Part shown: piece after piece, positions 40,671 through 51,800 of the stretch
Position numbering within the stretch: position 1 is the stretch's first letter
Layout of the letters: every line of letters begins with the position of its first letter
Source of the DNA: Setoptus koraiensis
Lineage: Eukaryota; Animalia; Arthropoda
NCBI GenBank assembly: GCA_048013815.1
Contig: CM106585.1
Coordinates: forward strand, 17,918,001-17,982,000
Reading direction: 5' to 3'
Length of the DNA: 64,000 nucleotides
Notes under the pieces: generated by a model
Database searches by the model: none
What the model saw: the letters and a program-made list of their open reading frames with translations, nothing else
What the model was told of the DNA's origin: nothing
Translations under genes and position numbers: made by a program

Positions 40671-40790
40671 GTGTAGGACCATACTACGTTGAAAACACCG
40701 CATCTCGTCAGATCTGCGAAGTTAAGCAACGTCAGGCCCGGTTAGTACTTGGGAGGGAGACCACCTGGGAACTCCGGGTGTCCTACACTT
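40671..40790 (+). rRNA. 5S rRNA: 5S rRNA
   Basis: GTGTAGGACCATACTACGTTGAAAACACCGCATCTCGTCAGATCTGCGAAGTTAAGCAACGTCAGGCCCGGTTAGTACTTGGGAGGGAGACCACCTGGGAACTCCGGGTGTCCTACACTT: 120 nt. It has box A (AGTTAAGC), box C (GGGAGGGAGACC) and a perfect helix I (GTGTAGGAC/GTCCTACAC). Confidence 0.95.
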
Positions 40791-40799
40791 TTACTTTTT
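40789..40799 (+). terminator. RNA polymerase III T-run terminator of the + strand 5S gene (mirror copy at 40245-40255 on -)
   Basis: TTTTACTTTTT directly follows the 5S 3' end. Confidence 0.8.
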
Positions 40800-41152
40800 G
40801 CTAAAAATGGTAAGGGAATTTTCCCCTTCCGAGATAAAAGTAAAAATATTCTTATTATTCTATTAATAGAATTGAATGATAATATTGAATATTTATAAGA
40901 GCCATTGTTGTTCTGGGAACACAAAAAGCTGTCACATACTTTTTGCGTCTTTTAGATGTCAACAAGTGACGATATACGTACGATATGTCTCGTAGAGCTA
41001 AATTAAATTGCAAATCACTTTATCTCATTGAATTGCCAGCATCACTGACTCGAGCAAAAAACCCTGTTGAATCTGAAAAATTTCAATCGTCAAGACGAGC
41101 GCGAATGAGCTGCAAAATGTCCGGCGTTTTATTATCGGCGAATAATGTCGCA

Positions 41153-42094
41153 ATGAAGCTGTTGTGTTTGGTGGCTGTATTGCAACACTTGACCGTGCTG
41201 GCTCGCTCGGCCGATGGGCCAGACAAACTGGACGTGCCCACCGCTGAGAGTCTGGACAAATTGTACGATTTGGCCAGACTGATAAATACCACAGAAGAGA
41301 GGAATGTGGACATTTTGGACGACATGGACCAGACCAAATCCGACCTGATGTATCAATTTTTGCGTCCCTCAAAATTGGCGCACGCCGATTTCAGAGAGAG
41401 AAAGAACAAAGAAAAAGCGGAAGAATTCCGCGCCAAGGCCAAAGAATTGGCTCGTCCGAAAACGCTCGTCTCTGGCCTGTTCAATTTCGGCACCGAAAAG
41501 CACTTGGGTCTCATTGCCAAAAGCGACCCACTGCTGGAGACGCTAATGGAAAAGTACGGTTATATGCGCGCCAGGGGCGACCCGTTCGACGTTCGAATGG
41601 TCGATTGTGACATGGCAAATTATCTGTTGCTGAAAACAGACAAGATAATGTACGTGCTGGAGACAGAGGTGAAATACTTGCTAGTTGAGGACCAGGCGCG
41701 CGTTACAAAGGCCATTTTCGATCAGCTGAAGGCGTCGAAATTTCAGAGTAACTCAAATTTTTTCAACGAACAACAACTGAACGCGGCCCAAAGGGAAAAA
41801 ATTCGCATCTTTTACAGCCTATACGTAACCAGCGACGATGTGTCGGTGCAAGAGGCCATTGACCATTTCAAGGAGCCAACAGAGTATTTTGTGCATCGGC
41901 TCTTCGAGACATGCTCGGCGGTGAACAAGTTCGACCTGCTTATGGCCGAGGATAGACGAGACGCCGCAAAATGGTGCTCTGATGCTGCCCATCCAGCCAG
42001 CTTGGAAATGGGCCAACAGCCGAGCCTCGGGCCCGACTCGAAACAACGCCGAGACGTTTTGCAATTGTGTCATAATCTGTTGGCGCCGTTGTGA
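41153..42094 (+). CDS. Orphan secreted protein B, ~313 aa from the likely Met (ORF open from 40985), single exon
   Basis: Long ORF with GC3-rich codons. MKLLCLVAVLQHLTVLA resembles a signal peptide. The body is charged and helical-looking, with a few Cys near the C-terminus. AATAAA at ~42175. No family recognised. Confidence 0.75.
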   Translation: MKLLCLVAVLQHLTVLARSADGPDKLDVPTAESLDKLYDLARLINTTEERNVDILDDMDQTKSDLMYQFLRPSKLAHADFRERKNKEKAEEFRAKAKELARPKTLVSGLFNFGTEKHLGLIAKSDPLLETLMEKYGYMRARGDPFDVRMVDCDMANYLLLKTDKIMYVLETEVKYLLVEDQARVTKAIFDQLKASKFQSNSNFFNEQQLNAAQREKIRIFYSLYVTSDDVSVQEAIDHFKEPTEYFVHRLFETCSAVNKFDLLMAEDRRDAAKWCSDAAHPASLEMGQQPSLGPDSKQRRDVLQLCHNLLAPL

Positions 42095-42220
42095 GACACT
42101 AAATCAATGCATAACATAGATAACGGCTCGACAAACAGTGTCTAGCGAAGAAGAACAGACAGGGTTCGATTTGAAATAAAGGCAGCGGCACAAATAGCGG
42201 CAGCGACACTCGTTGTTTAA

Positions 42221-42290
42221 TTGTTTCCATTGGTTTCCATTGGTTTCCATTTGTTTCCACTGGTTTCCATTTGTTTCCATTTGCCTCCAA
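42221..42290. repeat. 10-bp minisatellite (TKGTTTCCAT) x7
   Basis: Read directly. Confidence 0.9.
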
Positions 42291-43010
42291 TTGATTGATG
42301 GATGCGCACCCGCGACAGTTTGTCTTCTACGGCACATAAAACACAACAGCAGTGATTTAGAAAGTTGCACAAGCCTCCAAGTCTCTAAATAGATTGCCGT
42401 TTTCGCACTCCAGTTGATTTACAGAATCATCATTAGCATCAGTCAGGCTAATCGCGTTGTTTTCGTCAATTTAGACGTATCAATCTTCGAATATTCCAAC
42501 AGTGTTGGCGCTTGCAGGCTAATTGTTGCAGGCCAAGTTGTGAATAGTTGTTATTGCGAAACAAACAATTGTCATTGGAAGACGCTAATTGAACGGTCGA
42601 CACGAATCACTGCGCCTGTCAAACTTGACTTGTTGTTGCTGGCAACCTGCAAGCGGCTCACATACGCTCACCTGAGCAGAGATACGCCAACGCTCGAATG
42701 CTGGCAGAATCCGATTGCGTCAGTCGACGACCGAAAGAAAACTGTGTTGCTGTTCGAACAGTGTTACCAACACAGTGTTAATTTACCCAACGGCAGATTC
42801 TTCGCGACCATTGGGTGATATTTTCAAAATTCAGAAATTCCGAAATTCTCGATACGAATTCGTTTGCGTGTGACCGCTCATGATTCCACAGCGACATTTT
42901 GTGTTGAGCACTCGAATGGGAAGCATCTCCGAACGGAGCCTGTCAAAGTCGAAATGTATCAAATTGATAGAAAATCAACAAATTCTCGCCGTTGCTCGCA
43001 TTTTGTCACA

Positions 43011-43673
43011 ATGCCCACCAAGAAAGCCAACTCATTATTGCATCTCAGCATCAAAATTGTTCTCGTTATCTCGGCTCACAGTGCAATAACGAGCCTCTTG
43101 ACCAGTTATAATCGCCAGACAACAACAACAACAACAGCCTACAATGAAGCAAATAACATAGCAAGCCATACGCACAACAGAGATCACACGGTGGCGCAAG
43201 ATTCGCATCCGACATTGGATTTCGGCAAGCAAACAGCAACAACAACCCACAAACAACAACTTTTATCGTCTTATCTATCCTATTTGGCGCCAACAACAAT
43301 TCAATTTGCTCATGCCCACGTCATTATAACCGAAGATCACACAGGTAAAAATGTTGTGCTCACTGGCGAGGACGGCGGAGGCAAGGGCAAAGGCAAAGGA
43401 GGCGGCGGGGGCGGTGGCAAAGGCAAAGGTAAGGGCGGCGGAAACGAACGGCTCGTGGTGGCCGGCGGTAAGAACAATCTAATTATGGAGGACGCCGGAC
43501 AACGCGAGGGCGACGTAGTGATGGACGGCGGTAATATTATTATACCCAGCAGAGAAGGACACATTGTAATGACTGGCGGACCGAGCGCTGGAGGCGGCGA
43601 TCATCATCACCATCGAGGTCCGTCGCCCATGATGCTGTTCCAGTATTGGTTGCCCTATTACTACATGGGCTAA
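43011..43673 (+). CDS. Gly/Lys/His-rich low-complexity protein, ~220 aa, probably secreted or structural
   Basis: MPTKKANSLLHLSIKIVLVISAHSA is a hydrophobic N-terminus. Then come Thr runs, GGGKGKGKGGGG blocks, repeated short hydrophobic strands ending in Gly or acidic turns, HHHH, and an aromatic tail (FQYWLPYYYMG). Confidence 0.7.
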   Translation: MPTKKANSLLHLSIKIVLVISAHSAITSLLTSYNRQTTTTTTAYNEANNIASHTHNRDHTVAQDSHPTLDFGKQTATTTHKQQLLSSYLSYLAPTTIQFAHAHVIITEDHTGKNVVLTGEDGGGKGKGKGGGGGGGKGKGKGGGNERLVVAGGKNNLIMEDAGQREGDVVMDGGNIIIPSREGHIVMTGGPSAGGGDHHHHRGPSPMMLFQYWLPYYYMG

Positions 43674-44310
43674 TTTGCATAAACCATTAATTAATTGTTG
43701 TAGCAATCCTGTGACTCACAGGCTGTGAGTACGTCACAATGTTGCACAGCAGCCGGCAGCGGGTATTAGTTACGTAACTCGACAGTTGTTGTAACTCATT
43801 TTTTTGCGGTTGTTTAATCAATGGTTGACACAATGCTCATGTACATAGTTATCGTCATCGTCATCATCGTATACACTGTTAATCAAGGCGCCAACTTGCC
43901 ACAGCGAAGCCGTTACATGTACATAGATGGTCAATTGTAAAAACTCCCCGACTGAATAAAATGTAATCAATGATACAAATTACATACGTCCAATCAATTG
44001 GAGAGATTATTTCGCAAGTTCGGCTCGAACTTTTTCCTCTGCTTTGCATCATCGTTTTTCGGGTTGATCAATCCCAGGAAAACGAATTTTCCTTTCTTTT
44101 TGTTTTGATTTTTATCCAAATAAAACGAACGGACACAATTTTCGAGCCTCGGTTCAAGTCGTAGTGAGATGGGCCTCTCATTCCGCAGGCAACTCTTTGC
44201 GACACCCGGTGGCTGAAAGTTTATTTGCGCCGATCCTTCGGTCACTGTTGTATTTTTTCATCAGATTTCATTGGTTTGAATAGCATCCGTCTGGTCAGAT
44301 GAAGTGCTGA

Positions 44311-46669
44311 TTAGTCTGGCATCAGTTGGATTATCATGACAGAAAAGGTTATTATGATGCGGGCGAAATTGATTAAAAAGAATTTGTCTATCTGCATGAC
44401 TCCTCCCATGGATAACGATATCTTTCTAAATAGATTGTTCGACTTGAGTGTCAAAAAGTGATTCGTGCTGAACTGGGCCACCTGACGGAACATTCTCTTT
44501 ACACTTTTAAGCATTTTTCCAGACTGAGTGCTGACAGAACTAGAATATCGATAGAGTAGTAAATGGGGCCACCACAATAGTATCATGCCAGATATAATTA
44601 TGTGCGATTGTGTCTTGGTTTTTTTGCCATAGCTTAGCGAAAAATACACAACATCAATGCAGGACATGAGGAACAAGGCAGAGAATTGTATTAGCATCAT
44701 GGGGCCGAAACATTTGTCCATTTGATAATTAACATGACTGACTAGCGCATAATTGTTGGCCAAACTATTCACTTGACGCTCGAAGCAATTTTCCAATTCT
44801 ACCGCAGTCAATTCTTCAAACAATTGCTTATTTTGTTCTGCTGACCTACTGATTCTGGCACTCGATTTTTGCCAACCGTATAAATCGTCGTTGCCTCGTG
44901 TTCTCAGATGGTCAAATGGTGATCGTGGCAGCTGCCGATAATCATTGATGTCGATTCGCGTTCGCTCATTTGCATTAGAAGTGCCCAGTTGACCGTTAGA
45001 ATTGATTAGATTGATGGAGTTTGTGCCAGCATCTCCATTTAGCGATTTGTCCGCCATGACACGCCGACAGTTGGCAGAATTTCCTCTCGCGAACTCATTG
45101 AAATTCACATTGACGTTTTCAGCTTTCATGGGCTCATTGCTGGTAGCTTGCAGCAAAACGTAATCATCGTTGTCCAGCATGTCATCCAGCAGAGTATTTT
45201 GATTGTCCGATTGGTTGTCTGTATCTCCGCTAAGCTGAGACGTTCTACTTGACTTGATGTTTTGCCTATTGTATTTTCCACTAATCAGCAGAACCTGCTG
45301 CTGTAGTTTTTTGAGGCACGAAACTTGCAACGAGCAACATATGCAAATAACTGAGGCACCAATCAGACGCGTTCCGTACACGTGAACAGTATATACGTAA
45401 TTGTCGAGCGAGGCCAGAGCGATCAAAGTTGACCAGTTTGTCGTGCGATTGTTCATTGTTTTGAACGAATAATCCTCTAGCCACGACCACAAATGCTGAG
45501 CCGTCGATGAGCTCACCTCTGCCTCGGACAAGCTAAAGTGAAAACAGGTAATACATAGCGACATCACCCAAAAGAGCAAAACAATTTTTTCGTTGGCTCG
45601 AACATTTGGCGCGCTATTTTCATTCGTAGCATTCGAATTGGAGTTGAATCCGAGCAAACGAGCATCAGAAAACCAGGCTAAAGAGGGTGTTTTGTCCGAC
45701 GGGCGGCTCTTGCTGATCGATACATTGTATCGATGATTTCTGGCATCGATGGGCCGCTGTTGCTGCTGCTTGTAATATTGAAATAGATAATTATTTGTAG
45801 CTTGTATGAGCTTGATGAGTTTTGCAATTTTGAACCGATCAAAATGCCACACCAGAACAAATATCAACGAGGACAGTTTGGTGATGACCAAGCGAAACTC
45901 GATCAACAGATCAAACAAATCTTTGCTGGTGTCCCACAACAAATATCGCACAAACACCAGACAGTGGTTGAATGCCAACCAAAATGTTGCCGATATGGCA
46001 AGTGTTTTGATAGTGTTTAATACGAGGCTCAGGGCCAATAATCTCAGCCTTTGGGGTGGGCTTCGTTCGTCGTGATTCCGGCCACTCTGACTGGGATACG
46101 ATTGATCATTGTTGCCGAATTGCTGCCGCTGACCTCTATAATGGTCGAAATCTGGCACTTCCGGTTGGCCGTTGCAATGCGCCACTCTAGCGCTGGCTTT
46201 ATGTTGCTGCAAAACTCCCACACAATTTAACAGAATTGTCACAATGGAGCGCAACAAATGATGCAATGAGATTCTTGAGCCAGCGTGGTTGTACAGTTGC
46301 TGTTGCGGACTAATGCTGAACCCGAAATAGTGTATAAACATGAGATAGGTGTCCATTAGTTTGAATTGGGTTTTGTTGCCCAGGCCGGCGTCGTAGAGAT
46401 CGATGCACTGCTGCAAAATACAGTGTATGATGAATTTATTTGTGTATTAGTTTTGAGTGGAATGTTTTGAGAGAAAATCACCGCCGCCACATGTGGACCA
46501 ATGGGCTCAAAAATGAACTGGCCAGAAATAGCTGCCCGAGGCATGGAAATATTTAATAAATACTTACTGCGTAATCTATGTCCTCCTGGAGCGTGTCCTC
46601 AATGACCTGATGCCAGCCACTGGCGCTATTGTTACATTTTGGTTGGTTTCGGCGTCGCTCATTGTCCAT
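44311..46669 (-). CDS. Gustatory-receptor-like 7TM chemoreceptor, ~733 aa, two exons (46669-46568, 46410-44311)
   Basis: The C-terminal GR-family signature is SMGGVMQIDKFFLINFARIIITFSVMIIQL, and the TM5 lead-in is VNYQMDKCFGPMMLIQF. There are about seven hydrophobic segments. A phase-0 157-nt intron (GCA|GTAAGT ... TTTTGCAG|CAG) joins MDNERR...IDYA to QCIDLY. Confidence 0.8.
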
Positions 46670-47211
46670 CGTTATATAATTCGATATACTCTGGCGAATC
46701 GCTTTTATACTGGTCGTATCTAATTGTGGAAACGTGGTAAAACTTTTTTCTCTCTTTGGGGGGGCTGACTGCGGGCTCGGCGAGCGACAGCGCCAGTCGT
46801 GCAAACGAGAGCAGAAACTAATGGGGGCCTTGTGAGGCTTCTTATTATTGCTCTCGTCCCACTGGCAACGTGCGTTATGTTGAGTGGTTGGCGTGGATGG
46901 TGCGCAGAAAAATTGCGGATAATTGAATCAAGTCGACATCGTCGAAAGTCGAGCAAGTGTGTGTGTGTGTGTGTGTTTGTCGTAGTCGTGCCCGTTGATA
47001 CAACTGGCCCGGACCGATTGAGCATCGATCGACAGGAAAAAGATGATTTTTCCTCTCGATTTTTTTGGGACGAAATTGTAGGGCATCAACGGCTGGCCAA
47101 CAGCAAACAATAAACGTCACAAATAAACGGATATACACAAAGCGAGCCTGTTGTTGTTATTCGATTATTTGTTCTTTTATTATTATCATCATCATCACGA
47201 TGGATATATAA

Positions 47212-47298
47212 GTTACATAATGTGTGTGTTATTACATAATGGTGATCGGGTGTGTGTGTGTGTGTGTGTGCGCGCGAGTTTGTGTGTTATTACATAAT
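47212..47298. promoter_or_regulatory. Cluster of three PAR-bZIP/D-box-type sites (RTTAYRTAAY) upstream of the GR-like gene
   Basis: GTTACATAAT at 47212, ATTACATAAT at 47231 and 47289; 540-630 bp 5' of the GR ATG. Confidence 0.45.
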
Positions 47299-48006
47299 GG
47301 TGGTTGAGTGTGGGTATGGGTGTGCTGTTGCATCATCTAGAATTTAGTTGATACTTGATATAATATGATAACACGGGCTTTTGTAGGTGGAGAGTTTTAT
47401 CATTCGTTGCCATTCAGATAATAAATTTTTGTTCACTGTTGACCGCGCAAAGTTATTGTCACAATGCCTGCGCTGTCTATCAATATCAACAACTGTTATT
47501 GTTACTGACACATAACCAGCATCATTTTATTTGAACTTGTGCTGGTCACCAGGGGTCGACAATGGGACTATAGCGACAAAACAGGCGCCTTCGCCACACT
47601 TGGCTTACTAATAATACCAATGCTAATAATACCAATAATAATGCCCATTTTGTTGCGTCATTCTTCGATAAACAAATTCACTTGAAAAGTTGCGCTTGTC
47701 ATTTGTCGTGTGTGTGTCGCGACAAGTGATCAGGCAACCGTTTCAACAGACTTATGTCAGAAGTAAATTGCAAATTTGCTCATCGTTTCGCTGTTCAGCT
47801 GATATCTTTTTTTTGTATATATATATTTTCTGGTATATATTTTTCTGCCCTTGCAGAGCTTGAATTGATTGACACGTTGTGTATGATGTGTGCGTATATT
47901 TGCGTTGTGTTCAAATCAATAATATGATAATCTGTGCCCCAGTTTTACTGTACTGGGCACGATAATACATGTACTTATATGCCCATATAGCGATATGTGA
48001 TGTGTC

Positions 48007-48062
48007 GAGAGGGAGAGAGAGAGAGAGAGCGGGAGAGAGAGAGAGAGAGAGAGAGCGAGCGG

Positions 48063-48104
<42 letters not shown>
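48007..48104. repeat. (GA)n microsatellite
   Basis: ~98 bp of interrupted GA repeat. Confidence 0.95.
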
Positions 48105-48106
<2 letters not shown>

Positions 48107-48632
48107 ATTTGAGGGGACCACTGTTGCTGTCGTCGCCCATGATAGTGATGATAATAATGGGCATAGCATCACGTTGTTGTTGCACAACAATTCACAACAA
48201 GTGCAACAATGTTGACACATCAGCTGTGATCAAATGTGACGTAATAATAACGGTTAATCATAAGTGTGTTTGTTGAAAAAGGTGTGTGTGTGTGTAACTG
48301 GTTACGTAATGTAATAATAATAATGATAATCATAATAATATCCAACAACAATGAAGCATGTAGTGCTGATTGTGCACCCATCAAACTAATGATTCCTGTC
48401 TGGCTGACCAGTTGACAGCCGAACTAAATAATAACTGTATTGTGACAATTCGGTGATTACTCGAGTGTTTGTCTCGAGTGTGCGAGCGTTTCGTTGTTGA
48501 GCTCAGGTCGCTTTAATTGGGAGATAACAGTCTGAGTTTGGGCAGGAAAACTTCAAGATTCAAGGGTGTAGCAGAGATTTGAGGTTCCGCGAGTTTGTCG
48601 GAGCGCCATCTTGACCATTGATGTGCAAATAC

Positions 48633-48720
48633 AGTTTTTCGCAAATACTATTTCGTGAAAAAACTGTTTTTCGTGAAAACTGTGTTTCGTGAAAACTGTT
48701 TTTCGTGAAAATTGTTTTCG
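48633..48720. repeat. 17-18-bp tandem repeat (TTTTTCGTGAAAACTG-like) x~5 downstream of the IA-2 stop
   Basis: Read directly. Each unit contains the quasi-palindrome TTTCGTGAAA. Confidence 0.85.
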
Positions 48721-48833
48721 CCATAACAACCAAGACAGGCGAGCTGTTTTCTGGCAGCGGGGGAGCCCGCGTGCAGTTACGCAATGGATGTGATGATTTT
48801 GCTGCAACTGGCCATACAAATTGTATGATACAA

Positions 48834-51800
48834 TCACTGTGGCAACGCTTTCAGTATGGCCTGTATTTCTTCGGCAACGGCGGCCAGCACAAACTCGAAT
48901 TGCGTTTCATTGTTCACCATTCGCATCCGTTGATCTCTCAGGTGCTCCAGAGTGGCCGCAATGTCGATCTCTTTGGCGCCTGAATGGAGGTTTAGTGTTT
49001 GAGCAGCGCGGAAATTGAATGCCGAATTGAACAAAAGAAGCAATATGGCGCCGGGCCGAAAGAAATAACAAAAAAAATTGTAAATACGAAAATGGCTCAT
49101 GTGAAAATAAACTGACTTTGCTAGAAATACAATGCTTGTGCGTACCTTTGCTTATGCGATTCAGCACCATGTCGATGAGGGTATAGGTACCCGATCGTCC
49201 CGTTCCGTCGCTGCAGTGCACCACTATGGGACTGGAGCTGATTCTGTAGCATTTATTCACCTTCCTGCTCGTTAATTCGGTATGTAAATAAGGGCGAGGG
49301 GCGCAAGTTCATTTGTGTTTAGTGACGGAAGTAGGACAGTTATCATGCATGCCAAGAGTGTGATTTATCGATTTGTCTGGGGCCTGCAAGTCTTTCTATG
49401 TTTGTGTGTTTTTGTCAGACTTGAGGCGCCTGCGAGGCCAATTGTTGTGAGAGCGAAGCTCAGCCGGGGTCAGCTTTATAGTTTGGGCTCATCGTGGGCA
49501 TTAATTCGAATTAATTATCATCGATAATGTTGTTACTGGCAGTCGTGTGTTATGCCCACCGACTGACTGACTGGCACTGTCATTCTTTCATGTCGTTGAT
49601 GTGTATTTTGTGTGTGTGTGTGTACGTGTATCTACTTATCTACTTAGGCGCTTATGTATACACACAAACAAACAGAGCGCCGGCCAAGCAACCAAGACAC
49701 GGCTCCCTCTGGCTTCCCCGGGCCCCATTGGCCCCATCGGCTGTGTCGGCCCCATTGGCCGCGTCGGCTGCGTCGGCCCCATCGGCCGCGTCGGCTGCGT
49801 CAGCTGCACTGCGCCGGCGACTGGCCGGGCTGGCTAGTTGGTTTTCGGTGGGGCGCCCTCGGGGTATTTGAAGTATCGATGACGACCTAATTAATTTTCT
49901 CCCTCTCTCCCTCGTTCACTGACACACTTTTGCGCTCGCAAACTAACTGCGCACAGCCGAAACCACTTACCATACTCGCCCTCCGCATTACCTGTGCCCA
50001 CTGCGGGCCCGAATATCTAGTCCAGCGGGCCCGCAAAGAGCCCGCTCTATGCTCACTGGTGCCGCGGATATTCGCATACCCGACATGCTGGTTCCATATA
50101 TCCGCGTATGCATTAGAATACCCTCTGGCAGCCAGAGCTCGCTCTCTCATCTGGGAATAGAATGGTAATTCATCTCATTCGGCTGGCTACCGATTGCTCA
50201 TATTCTGTCTGGAATGCATTTAGCGCAGCTAGATCGGGCACATCGGGGAGTGAATATAGTCGCACAGAGGCAATAATCTGGCCACTGGCAGGCGTTCGTC
50301 TGATGAGGCGCATCGATCGTCGGGCCCCCTTAAATCAGGCAGGCCGGCAGCGCACACACACACACACACAGGATGACCGCTAATTGGAACGAGGTTACTA
50401 AACCAAACTAAACTAGCGGCCAACATACAAACTAACAATTGTAATAGAGACCGGATGATTAATTAATCTCTTTTTAGGGCATCTCGCTCGCCCGTTGCCG
50501 TTCGCTGCCGCTGCCGTTCGTTCCCGTAGCCGTTCTTTCTGTCCACCGACTGGCGGCGCGCACCGACACAAGCTTATCGCGAGCGACCGGATAAGACCAA
50601 ACACGGCGACATAAACTAAACAAACAAACCAACCAGCGGCCTCATCTGGCCAATTTAGCCATGACGTAATGCCCTAATACCCGGCCGGCGCACGGCTAAT
50701 ATCCCCGATGATCCATAAACCGCCAGCTGACCGCACACTGTCGCTCACAAACAAACCAGTCTTGGCTCGTCCGACGAGGCCCAAGTAGCGGGCCAGCCGC
50801 ACAACAGTGGCCGCCCCAACTCACCTTCGAAACTCGAGAAACTTGTTGATGTTGCTGGGTATCGATTGGTCCGGCCAAGACAAATAATGGAACTGGGTGA
50901 TGGTGCGAGTCTCCAGCGAGCGCCTATCCATCAAGTAAATGTTGCGCACCAGATAGTCTTGGCAGCAAATGTGTTCGCTGACCAGGTGAATCTCGAAGTC
51001 GCCGTAGACTTGGTGATTGCGCGACTCCATGGGCCAGTAACAGTGACACAGCGAGACGCCGTTTTCGCTCAGGCGCGTCAGCATCACTATCACGGAGCAG
51101 CCCTGTTCCCATACCATCTGCAGTGTCGATAAATCATAGTGATAATGAGAGATAATGAATATTACATTTCGCCGACACATTCATGACGATTCATCATTGA
51201 TGCGAATAGTGCGCGCGCGATAAGAATGTCTTATTGAGATTCTTATTATGAGCGGATAAAACAACAACTCACCTGCCAAAAGTCGGCCACCGTGTCCTTG
51301 AGTGGGGCCTGAGTTATTATGTGCGTGGCTCGCTTGGGATCGTCGTCGTAGATGAAGTTTGCATTTATGTATTTGTTTGCAGTGGAGGCTGGCGGCTGTT
51401 CCGATTGTTTGCCAATTGGCTGCTGCTGCGGTGGCATCATTGCGTTTCCGGCGGTCGGGGCCAGTTTGACTCGCGAATGGTCGTAGGCGAGCGCGTTTTG
51501 ATTGCGATTTTTCGCTCGGTTTTCGCTCATAAGAGCACAATTTGTTGATTTTAAGTCGGACTCGTACGAGCACAACTCTCGCCAATCTCGTCTCACTCGA
51601 TCCTTGTCGTTGAGATGCTCCTCCATGTAGGACTGCAGTGGCGAACAATACACAAACCGTCAATTGATCAATTAATCCAAATTAACAATAAACCGATCGA
51701 AATTAAAACAGCAACAATTCACAGAGAGATGTCACTACTTACGAGAATCATGTGCGCCGCAATGATGTCCATGTTGGAGGTCACTATGGGCTCGTCGTCC

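Larger units (their letters stand above)
40239..40805. repeat. Inverted repeat: 215-bp arms (40239-40453, 40591-40805), one mismatch, 137-bp spacer; each arm carries a 5S gene
   Basis: The reverse complement of the right arm equals the left arm except AATTACTACT vs AATTGCTACT. Confidence 0.95.

Noticed and set aside
47916-48220. ORFs with (LS)n and (ER)n tracts
   Set aside because: They are translations of the GA microsatellite.
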